DNA of 32,000 bases, from contig NZ_JHXR01000009.1 of NCBI RefSeq assembly GCF_000621645.1, positions 176,623-208,622 on the forward strand, in the 5' to 3' direction. Both the position numbers and the translations under genes were made by a program. Positions 1 through 6,907 of the stretch are shown piece by piece. Within the stretch, counting starts at the first letter, position 1, and every line of letters starts with the position of its first letter. Source of the stretch: Vibrio cholerae ATCC 14035 (lineage in GTDB: Bacteria > Pseudomonadota > Gammaproteobacteria > Enterobacterales > Vibrionaceae). The notes beneath the pieces are model-generated. The model was not told where the DNA came from. It saw only the letters and a list, made by a program, of their open reading frames with translations, and searched no databases.

Positions 1-152
1 ATAGTGCACGACGGCTTTCACTGAGTCGGCTTGATAAGGTCGTAACGTATACATCCGCTGGGAGTTACCGAGGTTATCTGGGCAATTGACGGCTTTTGCA
101 TCGTTTGATGTCGGCCGCAAGCAATTGCGCTGGGTAATTATTGTGTGAGGTC

Positions 153-160
153 TGTATAAT
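153..160 (+). promoter_or_regulatory. possible -10 element (TGTATAAT) for rsuA
   Basis: TATAAT at 155-160 is directly preceded by TG, about 28 nt upstream of the rsuA ATG. No convincing -35 hexamer. Sequence-only guess. Confidence 0.3.
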
Positions 161-187
161 AGCCGACTTCCAGCAGATGAGGTAAGC

Positions 188-883
188 ATGCGTTTAGACA
201 AATTCCTGTGTGATGCGCTCGGTACAACGCGCAAAGAGGCCACTCAACTTCTCAAAAGTGGTGAAGTAACCGTCGATGATGTGGTGCAAAAAAGCGGTGC
301 ATTCAAACTCAAAGAGACGTCGTGCGTTGAGTGGCAAGGCCGTGAAATTATGTTGCATGGTCCGCGTTACATCATGATGCACAAACCAGATGGCGTGGTC
401 TGCTCACATGAAGATGGTTTTAACCAAACGGCGTTTACCTTGCTTGATGAAGTGAATGTTGAAGATTTGCACTTTGCAGGCCGCTTGGATGTCGATACCA
501 CAGGTTTACTGCTGATCACTGATGATGGGCAATGGTCGCACCGAGTCACGTCACCAAAACATAAGTGCGAGAAGACCTACCGCGTGTGGTTGGCGGATCC
601 CATTCAAGCTGATTACGCAGAGCAATTTAACCGAGGTATTGAATTGCGTGGTGAACGTGAGCTGACTTTGCCTGCGCAACTGGAGGTGATCAGTGAAACG
701 GAAGTGCTATTGACCATCCATGAAGGCAAGTATCACCAAGTGAAGCGTATGTTTGCCGCTTTGGGTAACAAAGTCATAGGGTTACATCGTGAACGCATTG
801 GTCAGATTACCTTAGATGAAACCCTTGAACCGGGGGAATACCGCTATTTGACGGAAGAAGAAGTGGCCTCAATCTGGAAATAA
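188..883 (+). CDS. rsuA: 16S rRNA pseudouridine(516) synthase RsuA
   Basis: 231-aa ORF with an N-terminal S4-like segment (MRLDKFL...), the RsuA/RluB-family catalytic motif HFAGRLDVDTTGLLLITDDG, and C-terminal KYHQVKRMF. Nearly colinear with E. coli RsuA as I recall it. GAGG (179-182) lies upstream of the ATG. Sits next to a bcr homologue, as in E. coli. Confidence 0.93.
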   Translation: MRLDKFLCDALGTTRKEATQLLKSGEVTVDDVVQKSGAFKLKETSCVEWQGREIMLHGPRYIMMHKPDGVVCSHEDGFNQTAFTLLDEVNVEDLHFAGRLDVDTTGLLLITDDGQWSHRVTSPKHKCEKTYRVWLADPIQADYAEQFNRGIELRGERELTLPAQLEVISETEVLLTIHEGKYHQVKRMFAALGNKVIGLHRERIGQITLDETLEPGEYRYLTEEEVASIWK

Positions 884-949
884 ACCAAGATTTAGGAAAT
901 AGATTGTTTCTGAATTAGCACTAGTTAATCGCGGCGATTATTAAGATCA

Positions 950-1074
950 TATACCCAAACAACTTGGAGTTGCAGGTAGGCGGCAAGTGAGTCCCCCTAA
1001 GCATAGAGAGACTATGTGATTGGGGTGAACGAACGTAGCCAACATCGCTGCAGCTTAAGTAGGAAGGGTATAGA
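950..1074 (+). repeat. ERIC-like (MITE-like) intergenic repeat, copy 1
   Basis: About 125 bp with imperfect terminal inverted repeats (TATACCC...GGGTATA). The core AAGTGAGTCCCCC...GTGATTGGGGTGAACGAACG resembles the ERIC consensus. About nine-tenths identical by eye, with two small indels, to the reverse complement of 16662-16791. Confidence 0.8.
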
Positions 1075-1080
1075 CCGATA

Positions 1081-1111
1081 GGACTTAGCGCTGAATTTAA
1101 GCGTTAAGTCC
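1081..1111 (+). other. imperfect hairpin between rsuA and bcr (possible terminator or RNA-stability element)
   Basis: GGACTTAGCGCT (1081-1092) pairs with AGCGTTAAGTCC (1100-1111): 12 bp with one mismatch and a 7-nt loop. The T-rich tract (GTTTTATT) starts only about 7 nt downstream, so this is not a canonical terminator. Confidence 0.3.
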
Positions 1112-1201
1112 TCCCACGTTTTATTGCCTCATCAAGCAATCTCTAATTCGCATACACTTATGGGTGTAGGCGAAAAAACCAATTTAACTCTACGGAGAAG
1201 T

Positions 1202-2407
1202 ATGTCTACCTCAACCGTGAATACCCAACAAACACCGCAAATGAGTTTGTTGCTTTATATTGTGCTCGGTGCGCTCGGTGCGTTGACACCGCTGGCGATC
1301 GATATGTATTTGCCAGCTATGCCGACCATTGCCCGTGATTTCGGCGTTAACGCTGGTGCGGTGCAAATTACTCTAACTGCCTATACGGCAGGCTTTGCCA
1401 TTGGCCAATTGCTGCATGGTCCGCTAGCCGATAGTTATGGTCGCCGTCCGGTGATGCTGTGCGGTATCTTCCTCTTTGGTATTGCCGCTATAGTGAGCGC
1501 GACGACCAATGGTATTGAAGCCTTAACCTATATTCGTGCCGCGCAAGGTTTTGCGGGTGCGGCGGCGGCCGTGGTCATTCAAGCGGTGGTACGCGATATG
1601 TTTGACCGCGAAGATTTTGCGCGGGCGATGTCGTTTGTTACTTTAGTGGTGACTTTGGCTCCCTTGGTGGCGCCCATGATCGGTGGGCATTTGGCGATTT
1701 GGTTTGGCTGGCGTTCTATCTTCTGGGTGTTGGCGCTGTTTGCGGCACTCGTTATCGCGATGGTGATGTGGAAAATCCCGGAAACACTGAGCCCTGAAAA
1801 TCGTCAGCCGCTGCGTTTTCGTAGCACCATGCGCAACTATTTTGATTTGTGTAAAAACCCTGTAGCTATGGGGCTGATTTTCTCTGGCGCATTTTCGTTT
1901 GCGGGTATGTTCGCGTTTTTGACAGCCGGCGCGTTTGTGTACATCGATATTTATGGTGTTAGCCCAGACGGTTTCGGATACCTGTTTGGCCTTAATATTG
2001 TCGCGATGATTGCGTTGACCACGATCAATGGCCGTTTTGTCAAAAAAATCGGCTCACACAACATGCTACGCTTCGCACTCTTTTTACAGTTGATGGCGGG
2101 GATTGGTCTGTTTGTTAGCTGGGTTCTGGATTGGGGATTATGGGGAACCGTACCATTCGTGGTGTTGTTTGTCGGTACAATCTCAACCATTGGCAGTAAC
2201 TCGATGGGGTTGTTGCTGAGTAAATACCCGCGTATGGCGGGAACCGCATCATCATTAGCGGGCACATTGCGTTTTGGTACGGGCTCAATCATCGGCGCTG
2301 TCGTGGCAGCGTTGCCGGGTACTGAAACATGGCCAATGATATTTGTGATGGCGGCTTGTTCTGTGTTATCAGGTGCCTTTTACTGGACGTTAGGAAGAAA
2401 AGCGTAA
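1202..2407 (+). CDS. bcr: MFS multidrug efflux transporter, Bcr/CflA family
   Basis: 12-TM MFS protein. LAIDMYLPAMPTIARDFG and the C-terminal MAGTASSLAGTLRFGTGSIIGA are colinear with E. coli Bcr as I recall it. Start placed at the ATG at 1202 (GGAG at 1194-1197) rather than the track's 1124. Adjacent to rsuA, as in E. coli. Confidence 0.88.
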   Translation: MSTSTVNTQQTPQMSLLLYIVLGALGALTPLAIDMYLPAMPTIARDFGVNAGAVQITLTAYTAGFAIGQLLHGPLADSYGRRPVMLCGIFLFGIAAIVSATTNGIEALTYIRAAQGFAGAAAAVVIQAVVRDMFDREDFARAMSFVTLVVTLAPLVAPMIGGHLAIWFGWRSIFWVLALFAALVIAMVMWKIPETLSPENRQPLRFRSTMRNYFDLCKNPVAMGLIFSGAFSFAGMFAFLTAGAFVYIDIYGVSPDGFGYLFGLNIVAMIALTTINGRFVKKIGSHNMLRFALFLQLMAGIGLFVSWVLDWGLWGTVPFVVLFVGTISTIGSNSMGLLLSKYPRMAGTASSLAGTLRFGTGSIIGAVVAALPGTETWPMIFVMAACSVLSGAFYWTLGRKA

Positions 2408-3066
2408 TGGCGAATTACCATTTAGAAATTCAAAATGTGGTCAATACTGCACTGGCAGAATTAGAGGCCGAACATAAAGCGGGCAAGCTTGCCAATGCGC
2501 CAGTGGCTAACAACCATTTTTTAGTGCATTGGGTGACGAAAGCGCTGAAAGCACAACGTTTTCACCGCTGCGTGGGTGATGATTTAACTCAGTGGCAGAA
2601 AGCGGGGCGCTCAAAAGGAACAGAATCACAACTGTTACCGACCTTTCAACGCATCTCCGCGTATTACGCGCATTTTTTTGCAGAGCAAGAGCACACACCG
2701 ATCACGGATAAACAAATAGAAGCGTTTTTGGATGAGATGGAGCAAGCCGGTTGGGAAGTTTCCACCTCTGAGCCGTTAGTCAATGCAGGAAAAGTGCAGA
2801 TTTTTACTGACGGCCAGAATTCATTGGCTCTTTGCTCTGTGCAGTGTGAAGCTTGTTTTGATGGTGAACGGTTAGTGAAACCAATGAACTGGTTTGTGCG
2901 CGGTCACCACGCTGGCTTTATTGAGAAAGCCTTTGCGGCGGGATTTATGGTGCACAAGCAAACCGATTACAAATCGAATGTGAAATACCATGGTGAGTAC
3001 CTGATTTTCCCCGCCAACCAAGGTACTCAGTTGGCGGAAATTCCGATTTCTTTTCGTGCTAACTAA
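2407..3066 (+). CDS. hypothetical protein (219 aa), translationally coupled to bcr
   Basis: The ATG at 2407 overlaps the bcr stop (TAATG, 2405-2409) and AGGAAG lies at 2392-2397. The 26 codons upstream in the track ORF fall inside bcr and look spurious. Soluble protein with no motif I recognise. A terminator follows. Confidence 0.7.
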   Translation: MANYHLEIQNVVNTALAELEAEHKAGKLANAPVANNHFLVHWVTKALKAQRFHRCVGDDLTQWQKAGRSKGTESQLLPTFQRISAYYAHFFAEQEHTPITDKQIEAFLDEMEQAGWEVSTSEPLVNAGKVQIFTDGQNSLALCSVQCEACFDGERLVKPMNWFVRGHHAGFIEKAFAAGFMVHKQTDYKSNVKYHGEYLIFPANQGTQLAEIPISFRAN

Positions 3067-3100
3067 CTTTTCGTGCTAACTAACTTTTCATGCTAACTAA
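3050..3100. repeat. 17-bp tandem repeat x3 (CTTTTCGTGCTAACTAA) spanning the stop codon of the upstream ORF
   Basis: Units at 3050-3066, 3067-3083 and 3084-3100. The third has one G>A change. The first unit encodes the last residues (..FRAN) and the TAA of ORF 2407..3066. Confidence 0.95.
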
Positions 3101-3159
3101 ATAGCTCAGTTAGATCAGTTTGAAAAACGGCGCTCAAAAGCCTGACTGAAGAAAACCTC

Positions 3160-3191
3160 ATCCCGTCGCTTAATCTCGGCGGGATTTTTTT
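3160..3191. terminator. bidirectional rho-independent terminator
   Basis: ATCCCGTCG (3160-3168) pairs with CGGCGGGAT (3177-3185): 9 bp including one G-U, with an 8-nt loop. T7 follows on the + strand. On the - strand the hairpin is followed by GAGGTTTTCTTC. The stop codon of the minus-strand gene (3170-3172) lies in the loop. Confidence 0.8.
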
Positions 3192-4606
3192 ATGATTGCT
3201 TTTACCATGCCACGAAAGATAAACAGATGCGCTGGCATCATGGCATACCAGTACATCAAGCCGAGAAAACCTTGTGGGTGCCACCATGCCGTTACATTCA
3301 GGCGTCGCTTATCGCCCAAATCATCGATGGTAAATTCCAAACGTCCTAGCCCCGGACCTTTCATACCAAACAGTAAGGACAAAAACTGCTGCGGTTGGCA
3401 GCGGATCACCTTCCAAGAGTCGATATAATCTCCCACTGCGAGTTCAGCGCCAGCGGGATAGCGACGAATCGGTTTGCCACCACCAAACAGCACATCCAAC
3501 CATTCACGAGTACGCCACAGAATATTGGCAAAAAAATACCCTTGATCGCGGCGGCCTATAGTGCGGATGACTTTCCACAGCGCATGGCTGCTTAACTCGG
3601 TTTCGATGCTGGCCCCCGCTTGCTTGGGGTAATAACCAAAGCCCGGTTGCCAACGGACAATCGCGTGAGGGTCAAATCCCCATACTTGGCTACGCACAAA
3701 GGTCCCTTCGCTGCTGATCGCCGCTTTGACCGCTTCTCGATAGGCGATCAAGGGCTGTGGATAGCGTGCTTCAATCGCTTGGGTGTCGGCAATAAAATCA
3801 TGTGTTAACCCTTCCAGCAGCGAGCGTCCAATTGAGCTTGGCACCGAAGTCACCATACCGAGCCAGCGTGCAGCCATGCTTGGAGTGAGAAAGCGCGTCG
3901 ACCATAAGCGATAGTGTTTCCCGGTCAATTCACACAGAATCTGAAACTGTTCGCGATAGCTGAGAATATCAGGCCCGCCAAGCTCAAACGTCTGATGCAT
4001 CTTTGGCTGCTCTTCGGCAAATTTCAGTAAATAGGTGTTGAGATTAGCCAGAGCAATCGGATTGGCTTGGGAGTCAACCCATTTAGGCGTAATGAGTACT
4101 GGCAAGTTGTAGACAAAATCGCGCATGATTTCGAATGCAGCCGAGCCAGGGCCGATGATAACCCCCGCTCTCAGCTCCGTGATCGGGACACATGACTGGC
4201 GCAGTATCTGCCCAGTAGCGTAACGTGCTTGTAAATGAGGGGAGCGGCCAGACTCCGGTTGGAGCGAGCTTAAATAGATCACATGTCGTACTTGGCTATG
4301 CGCAAGATCGAGCGCGTCTTTTACGTTTTGTGCCAATGAAAGCTCGTAATCGACAAAATCCCCGCCATGCGCCATGCCATGAACCAAGAAAAAGACCAAA
4401 TCATAATTGGGGATGGTGGCGAGCGTTTTCTGACGATCCGCTAAATCCAGCGTGAGCCGAGTTAAGTTGGGATGAGTGGGCAAGCGCGCATGCAATGTCT
4501 CGATATGACGAGAGGCGGCCGTGGTATGGTATCCCGCATTCAGTAGCAGTGGCAGCAACTGCGCCCCTACATAACCTGATGCACCTAACACTAATACCTT
4601 TTTCAT
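3170..4606 (-). CDS. NAD(P)-binding atypical SDR (NmrA-like) with a C-terminal DUF2867-like domain
   Basis: 478-aa ORF. N-terminal Rossmann motif VLVLGASGYVGAQLL. The long C-terminal extension is of the type I recall as DUF2867. AAGGA upstream of the ATG. Confidence 0.8.
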   Translation of the reverse strand: MKKVLVLGASGYVGAQLLPLLLNAGYHTTAASRHIETLHARLPTHPNLTRLTLDLADRQKTLATIPNYDLVFFLVHGMAHGGDFVDYELSLAQNVKDALDLAHSQVRHVIYLSSLQPESGRSPHLQARYATGQILRQSCVPITELRAGVIIGPGSAAFEIMRDFVYNLPVLITPKWVDSQANPIALANLNTYLLKFAEEQPKMHQTFELGGPDILSYREQFQILCELTGKHYRLWSTRFLTPSMAARWLGMVTSVPSSIGRSLLEGLTHDFIADTQAIEARYPQPLIAYREAVKAAISSEGTFVRSQVWGFDPHAIVRWQPGFGYYPKQAGASIETELSSHALWKVIRTIGRRDQGYFFANILWRTREWLDVLFGGGKPIRRYPAGAELAVGDYIDSWKVIRCQPQQFLSLLFGMKGPGLGRLEFTIDDLGDKRRLNVTAWWHPQGFLGLMYWYAMMPAHLFIFRGMVKAIIKKSRRD

Positions 4607-4627
4607 CCGACGGTCCTTTTTAATCGT

Positions 4628-4657
4628 TTGTTGTGCTTATGCGTGCGTGAGTATAAT
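4628..4657 (+). promoter_or_regulatory. candidate sigma70 promoter for the MATE gene
   Basis: TTGTTG (4628-4633), an 18-nt spacer, then a perfect TATAAT (4652-4657), about 77 nt upstream of the GTG start. Sequence-only prediction. Confidence 0.4.
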
Positions 4658-4733
4658 AGCGGCTGTTTTTTCTGCCTACTATGTCCTTAACCTTAACAGG
4701 TAATAGGGAGTCCTCACACTTTGGAGTGATACT

Positions 4734-6110
4734 GTGTCTGTTGTCTCTCAAGTTTTATCCCACATGAGAGGGGATTTCTTCCGCCGCTTGATCGCGATTG
4801 CTCTGCCGATCACGCTACAAAATATCATGTTCTCCAGCCGCGGTTTGGTCGATGTACTAATGCTCGGGCAACTGGGAGAGGCCGAAATTGCCGCCGTGGG
4901 TGTCGCGGCACGAGCGACCTTTGTGACTACGATTATGCTGGTGGGCGTGACCACAGGCGGCGCACTGCTCACGGCGCAATATTGGGGGGCGGGCGATCGC
5001 AAAGGTGTGCGTGAAAGTACGGCACTGACTTGGTTAGTCTCTAACTTCTTTGCCTTTTTCACGGTATTGCTGTTCCTGTTTTTCCCACAGCAAATCATGT
5101 CGTTAACGACCGATTCGGAGCAAGTTAATGCGCTGGGTAGTCAATATCTGATCATCACCTCGTTCACTATGTTTGCGGTGGCTTGTGTCAGCAGTATGGC
5201 AGTCGGACTTCGCGCGATGCACAAGCCCGGGGTAAGCACGTTTTTCAGCGGTATCGGCATTGTGTCTAACGTGGTACTGAACTGGATCTTAATTTTCGGT
5301 AAATTTGGATTCCCAGCGATGGGTATTCAAGGGGCGGCGATTGCCACCGTGTTGAGTGGCGCGATTGAAATTGCTTGTTTGTACAGTTACTTGTATGGCA
5401 AAAAACATTTGATGGCCTTTGGCTGGCAAGACATCAAAGCGGTAATTGATTGGCCGAAAATTAGCCGTTTTCTACGTTTGTCATTACCCACCACCTTTAA
5501 CTTTCTGATCTGGGCTGCCGGTTTATTTACCTACCACGCTATCATGGGGCAGACGGGGGTTCAGGGGCTTGCTGCGCTATCCGTCATGACTCCGGTTGAA
5601 TCGATTTCCCTGAGTTTACTGATTGGCATGTCTACTGCGGCGGCCGTCTTGGTGGGCAATCAACTTGGCGCGAAAAACTATGAAGCGGTGTACTACCAAG
5701 CGATAGGTGTAACCGCATGCAGTGTGCTGGTCGGTATTGTTGTCGCGATTGGTCTGTATCTGGTGCAAATTCCGGTGCTTGGTGCGTTTACGGCGTTAAC
5801 GCCTGAAACGCGCGAGTTATCAGAAAAATTCATGCTGATCTTGTGTTTAGGTATCGTGCTGCGTTCATTCCCGATGACCGCGATCGTTGGCGTGTTGCGC
5901 GCGGGCGGCGATGTAAAATTCTGTCTCGGCCAAGACATCGTCGCGCAGTGGTGTATTGGTATCCCGTTAGCCGCCTTTGCTGCGCTAGTGTTAAAGGTCG
6001 AACCGGAGTGGATTTACCTGCTGTTTTTGACTGAAGAAGTGGTGAAGTGGTTTGGCTCACTACATCGCATGAAAAGCAAGAAGTGGATGAAGAATTTGAT
6101 TGAAAATTAG
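4734..6110 (+). CDS. MATE family multidrug/Na+ efflux transporter (NorM/DinF-like)
   Basis: 458-aa, roughly 12-TM ORF with a typical MATE N-terminus (LIAIALPITLQNIMFSSRGLVDVLMLGQLG). GTG start with GGAG at 4723-4726. Several MATE pumps are described in V. cholerae, but I cannot say which one this is. Confidence 0.85.
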   Translation: MSVVSQVLSHMRGDFFRRLIAIALPITLQNIMFSSRGLVDVLMLGQLGEAEIAAVGVAARATFVTTIMLVGVTTGGALLTAQYWGAGDRKGVRESTALTWLVSNFFAFFTVLLFLFFPQQIMSLTTDSEQVNALGSQYLIITSFTMFAVACVSSMAVGLRAMHKPGVSTFFSGIGIVSNVVLNWILIFGKFGFPAMGIQGAAIATVLSGAIEIACLYSYLYGKKHLMAFGWQDIKAVIDWPKISRFLRLSLPTTFNFLIWAAGLFTYHAIMGQTGVQGLAALSVMTPVESISLSLLIGMSTAAAVLVGNQLGAKNYEAVYYQAIGVTACSVLVGIVVAIGLYLVQIPVLGAFTALTPETRELSEKFMLILCLGIVLRSFPMTAIVGVLRAGGDVKFCLGQDIVAQWCIGIPLAAFAALVLKVEPEWIYLLFLTEEVVKWFGSLHRMKSKKWMKNLIEN

Positions 6111-6223
6111 ACACTCATCGTTCGATTGGTGCAAATTAATGCATATAGTGTGATCTGCTAGCCAAAATACTTTCTCCGCTTAGGGTTTTGGTGTAGATTC
6201 TGTGTCCGGTTTCATTTTCGGCA

Positions 6224-6907
6224 ATGAGTGGTTCGATGTTACAGCTAATAGACCTATGCAAAGGCTATGTAGATGGTGATGAATTTCATCCCGTTTTGCA
6301 GGGAGCTGAGTTGACGTTGAACCAAGGTGATCAGCTGGCGCTCATGGGCGAGAGTGGCTCTGGTAAAAGTACTCTGCTGAACTTGATCGCTGGTCTGGAT
6401 AGTGCTGACTCGGGGGAAATCTGGTTTCCCGGATTTCCCATGCATCACACTTCTGAGCATCATCGCACGGCATTTCGTCGTGACAATATTGGCCAAATCT
6501 TCCAGCAATATAACTTGCTACCCACACTCAACATTGCCGATAACATTCGTTTCTGTCGTCAACTGAAAGGCTTACCTGAAGATGCTGGTTTGTGGCGACA
6601 AATTCTGTCGGCTCTCGATCTCATGCCTTTGCTGGGTCGCTACCCTGAAGAGGTGTCTGGTGGTCAACAACAAAGAGCGGCGATTGCGCGCGCTTTGTAT
6701 ATGGAACCGAAGATTTTACTTGCGGATGAGCCGACCGGCAGCTTAGATGAACGCAATGCCGAGGCGGTAATGCGCTTGCTCACGACTCTGACTCGTCAGC
6801 TCAATTGTGCCTTGCTTTTGGTGACGCACAGTGAAAAAGTTGCGCAGCACATGGATGGCTGTATTCGTCTGCAAGGAGGACAGCTGCATGTTATGGCCCG
6901 TAGTTAA
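6224..6907 (+). CDS. ABC transporter ATP-binding protein (MacB/LolD/AttE-like)
   Basis: Walker A GESGSGKST, signature VSGGQQQR, Walker B ILLADEPTGSLD, H-loop LVTHS. Its 3' end overlaps the permease start by 20 nt. The alternative start at 6236 cannot be excluded. Confidence 0.9.
   Translation: MSGSMLQLIDLCKGYVDGDEFHPVLQGAELTLNQGDQLALMGESGSGKSTLLNLIAGLDSADSGEIWFPGFPMHHTSEHHRTAFRRDNIGQIFQQYNLLPTLNIADNIRFCRQLKGLPEDAGLWRQILSALDLMPLLGRYPEEVSGGQQQRAAIARALYMEPKILLADEPTGSLDERNAEAVMRLLTTLTRQLNCALLLVTHSEKVAQHMDGCIRLQGGQLHVMARS

Noticed and set aside
1124-1201. N-terminal extensions of track ORFs (1124 for bcr, 2329 for the coupled ORF, 6831 for the permease, 16864 for nspC)
   Set aside because: The internal ATGs at 1202, 2407, 6888 and 16894 each have a good Shine-Dalgarno and match homologue N-termini. 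The extensions overlap upstream genes or lack an RBS.
3050-3100. Possible CRISPR array
   Set aside because: The 17-bp units are directly adjacent with no spacers, there are only three copies, and there are no cas genes. It is a simple tandem repeat.
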